In this document: piece after piece, positions 46,644 through 56,397 of the stretch | Layout: each line of letters starts with the position of its first letter | Numbering within the stretch: the stretch's first letter is position 1 | Origin: Candidatus Eiseniibacteriota bacterium | Lineage (GTDB): Bacteria > Eisenbacteria > RBG-16-71-46 > CAVPCR01 | Length of the DNA stretch: 64,000 nt | Direction: 5' to 3' | Assembly (NCBI GenBank): GCA_963823555.1 | Contig: CAWGMA010000004.1 | Span: 412,974 to 476,973, forward strand | The notes under the pieces: generated by a model | The model's database searches: none | Told to the model about the DNA's origin: nothing | What the model saw: only the letters and a program-made list of their open reading frames with translations | Made by a program: the position numbers and the translations under genes

Positions 46644-48923
46644 ATGATCATGGGCAAGCGAACGCAACGTGCCGGCCGCGATCGTCATCCCTGCGCCGGG
46701 CTCATCGCTCTCGCAGTCGCGGTTCTCGGTGGGGCCGCGGTTCCGGCTTCGGCCGGCATCACGCACCACGATGTGGTCGTAGCGTTTGATCTCGCCACAC
46801 ATCGTATTGACGCCGTCGATCGCATCACCGCGACGGCTCCCGCCGCCGGGGATACGTTGCCGGCGGGCTTCTTCCTGGCTCGCTCACTCGAGGTCAGCTC
46901 GGTCCGCCTCGACGACAGATCGCTCACCATCGTCGACCCGGATCCGGAGGTTGCGGCGCCCGATTGGGGAGGCGCGCCCATTCGTTTCGTGCGGGTCGAG
47001 CTGCCGGAGCGGCTGAAGGGGGAGGTGCTCGTCCTCGAGGTGAGCTATAGCGGAGTGATCGACGATCACCCTGGAGCTTCGGAACAGGAATACGCCCGCA
47101 GCTTCGAGGACTCGAACGGACTCGTCGATTCGCTAGGAGTTTTTCTTGCCGGTTCGAGCGTGTGGGTGCCGGAGATTCCGGGATCGCTCTTCGACTTCCG
47201 CCTCACCGTCGACCTGCCTCCAGACTACCGCGCCATGAGCCAGGGCATGATGGAGCGAGGCGCAGCGCCGGCGGCGGGCGGTTCACAGGAGATCTGGAGC
47301 TGCCGGGATCCGCAAGAAGAAATCTACCTGATCGCCGGACGCTATGTCGTGAACGAGGAGGTTCATGGGGGAATCCTCATGCAGACCTTTCTCTATGAGG
47401 ACGACCCCGAGCTGGCCGGGCGCTACCTCAAGGCGACGGCCGATTACCTCGACCTCTACAACGAGCTCCTGGGTCCCTATCCCTTCGGCAAGTTCGCCCT
47501 CGTCGAGAACTTCTGGCAAACCGGATTCGGGATGCCCTCCTTCACCTTGCTCGGCGATCGCGTGATCCGCCTTCCCTTCATCATCTCGACCTCCTACGGT
47601 CATGAAATCGTCCACAACTGGTTCGGCAACGGCGTCTATGTCGATTGGGACAAGGGGAACTGGTGTGAAGGCTTGACGTCCTATCTCGCCGATCATCTCT
47701 ACAAGGAAGAGGACGGTCTGGGTGCCGAGTACCGGCGCGCCACGCTCCAGGGCTATCGTGATTTCGTGCGCGGGGGGAAGGACCTGGCTCTGTCGAGCTT
47801 CCGGTCACGCAACAATCCCGTCACGCAGGCCGTCGGCTACGGTAAGGCGATGATGACTTTCCACATGCTCCGACTGAGGATCGGCGACGAGACATTCAGG
47901 GCCGGTCTCAAACGTCTGGCCGAGACCCAGCGCTTCAAGCATGCGAGCTGGGGTGATGTTCGCCAGGTCTTCGAAGGGGTCTCCGGCCTCGATCTCTCCA
48001 ACTTCTTCGCCCAGTGGGTCACGCGCGTGGGGGCCCCGGAGCTCGCGCTCGGCGAGCCGCGGGTGACGCCCATGCCCGACGGATTCCGGCTCGATCTCGA
48101 AGTGCGACAGAGCGCGCCGCCCTATCGCCTCGATGTCCCCGTCGCCGTTCTCCTGGCCGGCGATCGCCAGCCCGAGCTCACCACCGTGTCGCTCACCGAT
48201 ACGGTGACCACCCTCTCGCTCGAAATGGCGCGGGAGCCGCTGGGGATTGCCCTCGACCCGAGTTTCGATGTCTTTCGCCGGCTGGATCGCAGCGAGATCC
48301 CGCCGTCGCTCGGCCAGGCGTTCGGTGCCGAGCGGACGCTGATCGTGCTGCCGACCGCAGCGCCCGAGCCCTTGCGCCAGGCCTACGAGCAGTTTGCGAC
48401 CAGCTTCAGCGGCGCGGCGCCGGGGACGGTGGAGATCCAGAAGGACAGCGAGGTCCAGGCCGGCGATCTCTCCGGGCGGGCGGTCTGGTTGCTCGGGGAA
48501 TCCAACCTCTTGCGGCCGCGCCTCGCAGCCGCGCTCGCGCGTCAGACCCGATCCCTCGACCCCTTCAGCGGCGATTCCCTGCGGCTCGGCGGGCAGGTCT
48601 GGCCCCGGTCCGGACGCACGATCGTCATCGCCGTGACGAGCGAAGTGGATCCCGAGGAAGCGTGGGTGGTGGTCGCGACCGATACTCCGGAGGCTCTCGC
48701 GGGGCTCGGGCGCAAGCTGCCGCATTACCGGAAGTACGGGTTCCTGGTCTTCGAGGGCGAGGAGCCGTCGAACGTGGGGAAGGGGGAGTGGCGGGCTCAG
48801 GGTTCGCCGCTGGTGGTTCTCCTGGACGGTGCCCGCTATGACCCGCCCGCCGAGGCGCCGGACCCCACGGCGGTACCGCCGGCGCCTCCACTCATCGCCC
48901 GCCGCGAACCCGGCTCACCCTGA
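46644..48923 (+). CDS. M1-family (gluzincin, aminopeptidase-N-like) metallopeptidase, secreted
   Basis: 'HEIVHNWFGN' HExxH followed 19 residues later by 'NWCEGLTSY' (third zinc-ligand Glu). Signal peptide 'GLIALAVAVLGGAAVPASA'. Confidence 0.8.
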   Translation: MIMGKRTQRAGRDRHPCAGLIALAVAVLGGAAVPASAGITHHDVVVAFDLATHRIDAVDRITATAPAAGDTLPAGFFLARSLEVSSVRLDDRSLTIVDPDPEVAAPDWGGAPIRFVRVELPERLKGEVLVLEVSYSGVIDDHPGASEQEYARSFEDSNGLVDSLGVFLAGSSVWVPEIPGSLFDFRLTVDLPPDYRAMSQGMMERGAAPAAGGSQEIWSCRDPQEEIYLIAGRYVVNEEVHGGILMQTFLYEDDPELAGRYLKATADYLDLYNELLGPYPFGKFALVENFWQTGFGMPSFTLLGDRVIRLPFIISTSYGHEIVHNWFGNGVYVDWDKGNWCEGLTSYLADHLYKEEDGLGAEYRRATLQGYRDFVRGGKDLALSSFRSRNNPVTQAVGYGKAMMTFHMLRLRIGDETFRAGLKRLAETQRFKHASWGDVRQVFEGVSGLDLSNFFAQWVTRVGAPELALGEPRVTPMPDGFRLDLEVRQSAPPYRLDVPVAVLLAGDRQPELTTVSLTDTVTTLSLEMAREPLGIALDPSFDVFRRLDRSEIPPSLGQAFGAERTLIVLPTAAPEPLRQAYEQFATSFSGAAPGTVEIQKDSEVQAGDLSGRAVWLLGESNLLRPRLAAALARQTRSLDPFSGDSLRLGGQVWPRSGRTIVIAVTSEVDPEEAWVVVATDTPEALAGLGRKLPHYRKYGFLVFEGEEPSNVGKGEWRAQGSPLVVLLDGARYDPPAEAPDPTAVPPAPPLIARREPGSP

Positions 48924-48950
48924 CGGGAGGGGACCCGCTCGCGTTCGAGG

Positions 48951-50723
48951 TCAGGGGATGCGCACCACGCGAATCACACCTTGCCGTCCGCCGCTCATGA
49001 GCCGCGCGAAGTAGACGCCGCCCGCGACGGCGTCACCTGCTTCGTTCCGTCCGTCCCAGATCGCAGTGGCCACCGTGGCGCGGCCCGAGGGTCGGGCGTG
49101 CAGCGTGCGCAAGCGGCGCCCGTGAACATCGTGAATGGTGATTTCGACCGTGCTCGGAGCGGAGTTCGGCGCCAGCGCCAGACGGATGGAGATCGATTCG
49201 CGAAATGGGTTGGGCGAACCATCGAGGAGTCGGGGCGCGGCTCCAGCCGCCGGCGGCGAGTCGTGCTCCACGATCTCGTCGACGTTGATCCGTCCATGCG
49301 GATCCCAGTCTGCGATCTCGATTTCGACCTCGGTGCCGCGCAGATCGCCGATCGCCCACTCGCGCTCATCCATCTGCTCGCTGTCGCGTCCGGTCTCTCG
49401 GAACAGGATCTCACCGTCGGCGCGGCGGATGAGCGCGACGTAGGTCGACTCGATGCCGGCCGTGCCACCGACGAGAAGGCTCATCGTGGTGCCGGTGAGG
49501 ACGAATGGGCGGGAACGGATGCGTCCCGTGGCGACATAACCGAGGCTCTCCCCCGGCCGCTCCGGAGGCCAGGTGAAGCGCTCGGCGGAGCCCAGATAAC
49601 CCGAACCCACCGGCCCGGCACCGGGTAGCCCCCGGGCCGCGGCGTTGTCGCCGAGCGTGGGCTGAGCGCTGAAGGCGCTGCCCTCGACGATCGGCCAGTC
49701 GGCGCCGAGACCGCTCTCGTTGACGATGGCCAGACCGGCATCATCCATGGTCAGGCGGTCGAAACCGATCAGGTAGAGACGCCGGCCGTTGAGCTCGGGG
49801 ACCCGCAACAGGCGGTAGCTCTGGTGAGTGGATATCCACCCATCATGGCCATCGGACCAGACCTCCGGCGCCACGCTCTCGAGCCAGCGCCGGCGCCGGG
49901 AGAAGTCCCAAGGTCCATGGAGATCCGGTCCCTCGATCACCCAGGTCCCGCCCCGCCGATCGGACGTGAAGAGGAGAAACCAGCGCTCCCCCAGATGGAC
50001 CATCTGGGGCGATTCGATGGACTCGTCGACCGCGCCGAGGAGCAGCGGGCCCTCATCACTCCAGTGGATGCCGTCGCTCGAGCGCGCGAGTCCGACCGCG
50101 CCGCGACCGTCCTTGTGGGTGGCGGTCAAGAGCATCCACCACGTGTCTTCGTGCTCGAGGACCAAGGGATCTCGACCATTGCTCCATTGCTGCTCATCCC
50201 ATCGCGCCCACGTCGTGTCGGGGCGAAAGACCGGGTTCTCGGCCAGAGGCGCGAAGTGCGTGGCGCCGGCATCGAGGCTCGCCGCCTCGGCGATACCCAC
50301 TGCCTGTGCGATCCGGGCATTGACGCCGTTGTAGTACAGGCGGTAGCCGCCCGTCTCGAGTCGAAGCAGTTGTGGGGCCCAGCGATTCCGTTCCTCCCAG
50401 GGTGCGCGGGGCCCGGCGAGAATCGGCGCTTCAATCTGCCAATGACGAAGGTCCAAGGATGTGGCATGCCCGAAATGCACCTCGTTTCCTGGCTGCATCC
50501 AGCGGCCCAGGGAATCGGTGCCGGTGGTGTAGACGAGGTGATAGCGGCCGTCTGCGAAGAGGACGGTGTGGTCCTTGGCATAGTGATCGAGCGGCGCGAA
50601 GACGCGCGGCTCGAAATCGAAGCGGATCCCGCCGGCTGCGGGCAGGGAGTGGCACGCCAGCGCGAGAAGGCCGAGGATCGCAACGGCGGCGAGCCGCCGC
50701 GGGCAGCGCGGTAGCGGAATCAT
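48951..50723 (-). CDS. Secreted five-bladed beta-propeller glycoside hydrolase (GH43/GH32-like furanosidase superfamily) with FlgD-Ig-like/T9SS-type C-terminal domain
   Basis: 'DHTVLFADGRYHLVYT', 'WAPQLLRLETGGYRLYYNG', 'RDPLVLEHEDTWWMLLTA' are blade motifs with Asp/Glu. C-terminus 'SPNPFRESISIRLALAPNSAPSTVEITIHDVHGRRLRTL...WDGRNEAGDAVAGGVYFARL'. Confidence 0.7.
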   Translation of the reverse strand: MIPLPRCPRRLAAVAILGLLALACHSLPAAGGIRFDFEPRVFAPLDHYAKDHTVLFADGRYHLVYTTGTDSLGRWMQPGNEVHFGHATSLDLRHWQIEAPILAGPRAPWEERNRWAPQLLRLETGGYRLYYNGVNARIAQAVGIAEAASLDAGATHFAPLAENPVFRPDTTWARWDEQQWSNGRDPLVLEHEDTWWMLLTATHKDGRGAVGLARSSDGIHWSDEGPLLLGAVDESIESPQMVHLGERWFLLFTSDRRGGTWVIEGPDLHGPWDFSRRRRWLESVAPEVWSDGHDGWISTHQSYRLLRVPELNGRRLYLIGFDRLTMDDAGLAIVNESGLGADWPIVEGSAFSAQPTLGDNAAARGLPGAGPVGSGYLGSAERFTWPPERPGESLGYVATGRIRSRPFVLTGTTMSLLVGGTAGIESTYVALIRRADGEILFRETGRDSEQMDEREWAIGDLRGTEVEIEIADWDPHGRINVDEIVEHDSPPAAGAAPRLLDGSPNPFRESISIRLALAPNSAPSTVEITIHDVHGRRLRTLHARPSGRATVATAIWDGRNEAGDAVAGGVYFARLMSGGRQGVIRVVRIP

Positions 50724-51016
50724 GGATCGATCATACCAGGCGGCGTTCGCCGGGCGCGCAGCGGCGCCTCCGCCTCCCCGGCCGTGCCCTTTCCCTGGGT
50801 GCCCCGGCCCCAGGGTCCGGAAGCCCTTTGCATGTCGCGGCCCCGCCCTTTAGACTGTCACGCCAGGTGCGGGTCCACCAGAGCGAGTAGCCTGTCTGGC
50901 CGACTAGGCCTTCCCGCCCGCCTGCAATTTGTTGCCGCGCGATAGCCATTCGATCCCTGATCTTATCCGGCGGTCGTTGCTGCCCGAGCGATCGCCGCGG
51001 CGGAGGAGCCACCTGC

Positions 51017-52582
51017 ATGCCGAGCGTCAAGTCCTTGCCGGTCGCCCCCATGCGCACCCACTGGAATCCATCTCCGGATGAGCTGCGCGAGTTCGCAGTC
51101 GAGATGCCCAACGCGCGCTGGACTCTCTTCAACAACCTGAATGTGCAGACCAGGGTGGTCGCCCGCTCCAAGGCGTCCACTTATGTCGTGACCGATCGCC
51201 CGGAGGAGCACTCCGATCAGACCGTCAGCCGTGGCGAGGGCGAGCGCATGGCCCACATCCAGGACGAGTACATCCGCCACCAGGAGATGCTCGTCATCGA
51301 CGGCTACATCGGCAATCAGCCCGAGTTCCGCACTCCGGCCCGTCTCATCATCGAGAAAGCCAACGCCAACGTCGCGGCGATGCAGCAGATCCTCTACTAC
51401 CCGATCGCGCCCGCCGAGCGTGAGAGCTTCGTCCCCCAGCTGACCGTGATCTATACCCCCAATCTCGCCGCACCAGGGTATCCCTCCGATCGCCTGATCG
51501 CGGTCGATCTCGGCCACATGAGGACCCGCATCTTCAACTCCGACTACTTCGGGGAGTCGAAGAAGGGTGGGCTCCGCATGTGGAACAAGCTCATCTACGA
51601 TCGGGGCGGGCTGGCCCTGCATGCCGGTTGCAAGATCATCCCCGCCGGCGGCCGGGAGCGAGTGGCGCTCATCGTCGGTCTCTCCGGCACCGGCAAGACC
51701 ACCACCACCTTCACGCGCCAGAACGGATCATCCCCGGTCCAGGATGATTTCGTGGCCCTCATGGCCGACGGTTCGGTCGTGGCCACCGAGAACGGATGCT
51801 TCGCCAAGACCTTCGGCCTGGACCCCGAGTTCGAGCCCACCATCTATGGAGCCGTGACCCAGCCCGAAGCCTACCTCGAGAATGTGTCGCAGGATGCGCA
51901 GGGGAAGGTCGATTTCTTCGATACCAGCTACACGCAGAACGGTCGTTCGGTATTCCCGATGGCCAAGGTGGAGGGCGCCGCCGGTGGCCAGCGGATCGGA
52001 AGCGCCGACATCCTTCTCATCCTGAACCGCAACGAGAACGTGATCCCCGCTGTGGCCCGGCTCGATCGCGAGCATGCCGCTGCCTACTTCATGCTCGGGG
52101 AAACCAAGGGGACCTCGGCGGGCGGCGCCGAGGAGGCGGGCAAGTCGCTTCGGGTGCCCGGTACCAATCCCTTCTTTCCCCTTCTCCACGCCCAGCAGGG
52201 GAATCGCATGTTCGACCTCCTGCAGAAGCATCCGCTCGAGGTCTATCTCATGAACACGGGACGGGTCGGAGGGCCGGACGCCGACGATCGCTCCAGGAAG
52301 GTCAAGATCCCGCACTCGAGCGCCATCGTGAAAGCGATCGCCGAAGGCACCATCCAGTGGGAGCGCGATCCGGACTTCGGCTACGACGTGCCGAAGTCGG
52401 TGCCCGGGATCGCAAGCGAGGACGCCGACATCCTCCAGCCCCGCAAGCTCTATGAGCGGCAGGGACGCGCGGACGAATACCGGCAGATCGTGAATCGCAT
52501 GAAGGAAGAGCGGCTGGCCTACTTGAAGAAGTGGCCCGGTCTGCGTCCGGAGATCATCCAGGCGATTCAAACTCGCGACTGA
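51017..52582 (+). CDS. pckA: Phosphoenolpyruvate carboxykinase (ATP)
   Basis: Kinase-1a 'GLSGTGKTTT'. 'RMWNKLIYDRGGLALHAGC' and 'FFDTSYTQNGRSVFP' are typical ATP-PEPCK blocks. Length 521 aa. Confidence 0.92.
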   Translation: MPSVKSLPVAPMRTHWNPSPDELREFAVEMPNARWTLFNNLNVQTRVVARSKASTYVVTDRPEEHSDQTVSRGEGERMAHIQDEYIRHQEMLVIDGYIGNQPEFRTPARLIIEKANANVAAMQQILYYPIAPAERESFVPQLTVIYTPNLAAPGYPSDRLIAVDLGHMRTRIFNSDYFGESKKGGLRMWNKLIYDRGGLALHAGCKIIPAGGRERVALIVGLSGTGKTTTTFTRQNGSSPVQDDFVALMADGSVVATENGCFAKTFGLDPEFEPTIYGAVTQPEAYLENVSQDAQGKVDFFDTSYTQNGRSVFPMAKVEGAAGGQRIGSADILLILNRNENVIPAVARLDREHAAAYFMLGETKGTSAGGAEEAGKSLRVPGTNPFFPLLHAQQGNRMFDLLQKHPLEVYLMNTGRVGGPDADDRSRKVKIPHSSAIVKAIAEGTIQWERDPDFGYDVPKSVPGIASEDADILQPRKLYERQGRADEYRQIVNRMKEERLAYLKKWPGLRPEIIQAIQTRD

Positions 52583-52620
52583 TCGCAAGGCGAGAGGCTC
52601 AGGGCCGGGGGGTAAGAGAA

Positions 52621-52650
52621 ACGGGGTCTTCCGCCATGCGGAGACCCCGT
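52621..52650. terminator. 9-bp perfect inverted repeat (ACGGGGTCT ... AGACCCCGT) between convergent pckA and the TPR-lipoprotein gene; candidate bidirectional terminator
   Basis: Seen in the sequence. U-rich flank on both strands (TCGTCGTTCA on plus; TTCTCTTACC on minus). Confidence 0.35.
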
Positions 52651-52694
52651 TCGTCGTTCAAGGCCGCTCGGGGCTGTGCCCGAGCGCCCAGGGC

Positions 52695-53378
52695 CTAGTG
52701 AGTGTCGATCTTCACCTGCGAGTAGAATTGCGTACCGAGGTTGCGCTCGTCATCGACCCCCAGCTCCATCGCCTTCTTGAAGTGATCAGCACCCATCTCG
52801 GGGTTTTCCATGGCGTACATGAAGGCCAGAGCGTAGTGAGCTTCCCCATAGTCGGGCTTGAGCTCGATGGCCTTCTTGTAGTTTGCGAGAGCGGCATCCT
52901 TGTTGAAGCCGACGTTGAACTCGGCATACGCCAGCCCGCGATAGGCTTCGGCGTAGTTCGGATCGAGGGCGATGGCCTTGTTGAACAGCTCCCGGGCCTG
53001 AACGTAGTCGCGCTTGCTCTGATCCGAGGTGAAGGTCAGGCGGAAACCCTGGTCATAGGCGGCCGCGGCCTCGGCTACCTGCGTCGCGGCGCGACCCCGC
53101 TCGAGCTCGGCGAGGCTACCGGAGCCGGTCTCCTTCATCGGCACCGTGCTCGGGTCGACCGGCTCGCCGCCGCCGATCGGGGGATGGCCCTCGGGGAGGG
53201 CGGCACTGCCGGGGGTGCCGCCGGCCTCGGATCCGGCAGGTGCCGATTCGACACGGCGACCCTCGTCACCGGACTTCTGGCAGGCGACCGGGCCCAGCGC
53301 AAGCACGACGCCAAGGGCGAGCAGGAAACACGGAACGAGCAGCGGACGGGTCTGATTATGGAATGGATGGTGGTTCAT
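52695..53378 (-). CDS. TPR-repeat lipoprotein
   Basis: Lipobox 'LALGPVACQ' from internal ATG (MNHHPFHNQTRPLLVPCFLL...). Three or four TPR units 'AEAYRGLAYAEFNVGFNKDAALANYKKAIELKPDYGEAHYALAFMY'. Upstream part of the ORF-track ORF is low complexity. Confidence 0.7.
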   Translation of the reverse strand: MNHHPFHNQTRPLLVPCFLLALGVVLALGPVACQKSGDEGRRVESAPAGSEAGGTPGSAALPEGHPPIGGGEPVDPSTVPMKETGSGSLAELERGRAATQVAEAAAAYDQGFRLTFTSDQSKRDYVQARELFNKAIALDPNYAEAYRGLAYAEFNVGFNKDAALANYKKAIELKPDYGEAHYALAFMYAMENPEMGADHFKKAMELGVDDERNLGTQFYSQVKIDTH

Positions 53379-53451
53379 GCCGGGAAGATAGCAAATGAGA
53401 GCGATCCCGCAACAGGCAGTCTTGTCGACCGTGGGGGCCGGCCCGGGGGGG

Positions 53452-54015
53452 CTAATCGGCGACGAGGAAGCAGATGCTCTGGCGGCCGCCGGCAGCGCCC
53501 GAGCAGGTGAGCCGGCCGGCACCGGGATCCGCCCGGCCGTCAACCAGGATGTCCAGCCGGGTGGCCGCCCGCCTGGGGATGGCCGACAGCACGACGTACG
53601 AGTTGGAGCCACGGGTGTCGGCGCGGCCGTCGCCATCGAGATCGAACTGGCGGGTCGAATGGTGGAGATGGATGAGGCCTCCCCATGCGTTGTGAGCGGC
53701 GAGTTCCTCGAGATACGGTCCTTTCCATGTCGTGCTCATGAGCCCGCTCTTGAGCGGCGGGATGTGCGTCAAGTTCTGCAGGTCGGGGTGGACAGTCGGA
53801 TCGTAATCCGCGAAGTGGACGGGATAGCGGCCGGTATCGCGCTGGAACTCGGCGACCGCGCCCTCGATCCGCCGGAGGAAGCGGAGCGTGCGCTTGATTC
53901 GCAGGTGTTCGACACCAAGGGAGCAGAGCGAAAGGAACATCCACCCGACCACGGCCATCACCGCCAGGGACAGGACGATTTCGTTGCGTGATAGGTGACG
54001 ATGGGCAAGGCTCAT
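53452..54015 (-). CDS. Pseudopilin-like (GspG-fold-like) membrane-anchored protein with non-canonical leader
   Basis: N-terminal hydrophobic helix with Glu ('RNEIVLSLAVMAVVG'). 'IEGAVAEFQRDTGRYPV' resembles the GspG 'LxxYxxDxGRYPT' core. 'KGPYL' motif. No Gly at the canonical prepilin cleavage site. Confidence 0.4.
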   Translation of the reverse strand: MSLAHRHLSRNEIVLSLAVMAVVGWMFLSLCSLGVEHLRIKRTLRFLRRIEGAVAEFQRDTGRYPVHFADYDPTVHPDLQNLTHIPPLKSGLMSTTWKGPYLEELAAHNAWGGLIHLHHSTRQFDLDGDGRADTRGSNSYVVLSAIPRRAATRLDILVDGRADPGAGRLTCSGAAGGRQSICFLVAD

Positions 54016-54169
54016 GATCGGGGCGTCCCGCTGCGGGCCGGTGGACTCGGTTCCTCCTCAAGGATCGGCCAGGGGAGGCCCGGGCTTGATGGGTCCGCGA
54101 CCGGCGATCAACAGGCGGCCCCCGCGATGGATTTGACAGGGTCGGAGCTCGGGTGCGACGATCCGCCGG

Positions 54170-55273
54170 ATGCGCCGTTCTCCCGCCTTCGACCCACCCG
54201 AATATGTGAGCTGGCAAGCAGACCCCGAGGTGATGGCCGAGTATCGCCGTCAGCTCGCGGCCGATCCCGAGCGCGAGGCCGTCATCGCCGCACTCGGGCA
54301 CGATGATCTGCTGGGGCTCTATCGCGGTCTCGTCCGCAATCGCCTGCACGACGTCATGCTGAAGCGCTGGGTCATGCAGGGGATCACGCCCAAGGCCTGG
54401 CTGGGCACCGGCGAGGAGGCCGTGACCATCGGTGCCGTTCACGCCCTGCGCCCAGGCGATGTGGTCGGTCCGATGATCCGCAATGCGGGTGCTTGTCATG
54501 AGATGGGCATTCCGCTGTCCACGATGTTCCGCGCCTACCTCGGCACGGGAGACACGCATCTGCGCGGGCGGGATCTCCATCTCGGCGACATGAGGCATGG
54601 GGTCATGGCGCCCACCAGCATGGTCGCCTCGCTGGTTCCCGTCGCCGCCGGGGCCGCCCTGGCCATGAAACAGCAGGGGGGAGAGCGAATCGCCCTGACG
54701 TGGGTCGGGGACGGCTCGGTGCGGACCGGGGAGTTTCACGAGGGTGCCTCGTTCGCCGCGGCGCTGCGTGTGCCGCTCATCGTCATCATGCAGAATAACC
54801 AGGTGGCACTCGGCACGCCCTATCACATGCACTCCCGGGTCGCGTTGACGCAGACCGCGAGCGCCTATGGCGGACCGTTTCTGAGCGCGGCTGGCAACAA
54901 CGTTCTCGATGTGTATGCCGCGACGACTCTCCTCGCTCGCGCCTGCCGCGCCGGGGAAGGTCCTGCGTTCCTGGTCGCCGAAACGGGTCGCATGGGTGGG
55001 CATGCGACCCACGACGAGGCCGAGGGGCGGCGCATCCTTCCTCCCGAGCACTTCGCCTACTGGGGACGGCGGGATCCGGTCGGGCTGTTCGAGACCTACC
55101 TTCTCGATGCCCTCGGTGCGGGGGGCGCCGATCTCCTGGCTCGGGCCGAAACCGAGGTCAACGCCGAGATCGAGGCCGCTGCTGCCGCCGCTCTCAGGAG
55201 TCGTAGCGAGGCGCCGCCGGATGTCGCGGGCGTGGCCGACGGTGTCATGGCTCCCGAATCGGATGCCCGGTGA
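54170..55273 (+). CDS. Thiamine-diphosphate-dependent 2-oxoacid dehydrogenase E1 component alpha subunit (no beta subunit adjacent)
   Basis: 'GTGEEAVTIGAVHAL', 'TWVGDGSVRTGEFHEGASFAAALRVPLIVIMQNNQVALGT' (TPP-binding GDG...N). Standard E1-alpha order of motifs. Confidence 0.8.
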   Translation: MRRSPAFDPPEYVSWQADPEVMAEYRRQLAADPEREAVIAALGHDDLLGLYRGLVRNRLHDVMLKRWVMQGITPKAWLGTGEEAVTIGAVHALRPGDVVGPMIRNAGACHEMGIPLSTMFRAYLGTGDTHLRGRDLHLGDMRHGVMAPTSMVASLVPVAAGAALAMKQQGGERIALTWVGDGSVRTGEFHEGASFAAALRVPLIVIMQNNQVALGTPYHMHSRVALTQTASAYGGPFLSAAGNNVLDVYAATTLLARACRAGEGPAFLVAETGRMGGHATHDEAEGRRILPPEHFAYWGRRDPVGLFETYLLDALGAGGADLLARAETEVNAEIEAAAAAALRSRSEAPPDVAGVADGVMAPESDAR

Positions 55274-55367
55274 GGTGGCGCCGTCACTTCAACCGACACG
55301 ATACTGGTAGAATGCCCCGGGTTGAGGCGGCCGCGCGAACCGGGCCAGGATCCCCATTGGAGTGAGC

Positions 55368-56390
55368 ATGCCGTACACCCTTGGTGAGCAGACCGATTCC
55401 AGAGTGGCCGAGCTCATCGCAGACCAGGGCGGGTCCCCGAATGCCGATCTCATTCAGGAGATCCTGATCACCGGTCTCAAGCTGATTGGCGACAACCCGG
55501 ATCGCGGCGACTTGAAGATCCTCAACACGGCGCTCAAGGAGCTGAGGCATGCGCTCCGTGTCTTTGCCCCGTATCGCGATGCGCGCAAGGTGACCATCTT
55601 TGGTTCCGCGCGGTCCGGGCCGGATACGCCCGCCTACCAAATGGCGCTCGAGTTCGCCGAGAAGATCGTCCAGCGTGGCTTCATGACCATCACCGGTGCG
55701 GGACCGGGCATCATGGAGGCCGGCAATGCGGGTGCTGGACGCGAGAACACGTTTGGACTCGGTATCCGCCTCCCCTTCGAGCAATCAGTGAACGATTGGA
55801 TCGCTGGTGATGCCAAGGTCGTCAACTTCAAGTACTTCTTCACCCGCAAGCTCATCTTCGTCAAGGAGACGGACGCCCTCGTGCTCTTCCCTGGCGGGTT
55901 CGGTACCATGGACGAGGCGTTCGAAGTGCTGACGCTGGTGCAGACGGGAAAGTCGAAGCTCATGCCGGTCTTCTGTCTCGATGTCCCGGGCGGGACCTAC
56001 TGGCCGGCATGGCGGGCTTTCCTTCACGACCATCTCTGTGGCAGCGGCAAGATCTCGCCTGCCGATCTCGATCTCTTCGAGCTCGTCGACTCGGTTGATG
56101 ATGCTTGCGATCGCATCAGCCGCTTCTACCGCAACTACCACTCCAGCCGCTTCGTCGGGCCGCGGCTCGTGATTCGCGTGCAGAGTTTCCCCTCGAAGGA
56201 GCTGATCGCGGACTTGAACCGCGGCTTTGCCGATATCCTGGCCGAGGGCGGCTTCCAGGTGGCCAAGGCTCTGCCCGAGGAGCAGCGCAACGAGCCCGAG
56301 CTCAACGACCTGCCACGAATCATCTGCATGTTCAACCGCCATGGCTACGGGCGATTGCGAGCGGTCATCGACCGAATCAACATGGATTGA
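55368..56390 (+). CDS. LOG-family (TIGR00730; PpnN/YgdH-like) nucleotide 5'-monophosphate nucleosidase-type protein
   Basis: 'VTIFGSARSGPD', 'ITGAGPGIMEAGNAGA', 'LVLFPGGFGTMDEAFEVLTLVQTGK' (PGGxGTxxE). ATG at 55368 with GGAG about 6 nt upstream. The ORF-track start is a GTG two codons earlier. Confidence 0.8.
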   Translation: MPYTLGEQTDSRVAELIADQGGSPNADLIQEILITGLKLIGDNPDRGDLKILNTALKELRHALRVFAPYRDARKVTIFGSARSGPDTPAYQMALEFAEKIVQRGFMTITGAGPGIMEAGNAGAGRENTFGLGIRLPFEQSVNDWIAGDAKVVNFKYFFTRKLIFVKETDALVLFPGGFGTMDEAFEVLTLVQTGKSKLMPVFCLDVPGGTYWPAWRAFLHDHLCGSGKISPADLDLFELVDSVDDACDRISRFYRNYHSSRFVGPRLVIRVQSFPSKELIADLNRGFADILAEGGFQVAKALPEEQRNEPELNDLPRIICMFNRHGYGRLRAVIDRINMD

Positions 56391-56397
56391 GTGAGCC

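Noticed and set aside
53540-55051. 503-aa minus-strand ORF overlapping the E1-alpha gene
   Set aside because: Low-complexity Arg/Pro/Gly composition. The plus-strand frame encodes a clean TPP-enzyme homologue, so the minus-strand ORF is an antisense artefact.
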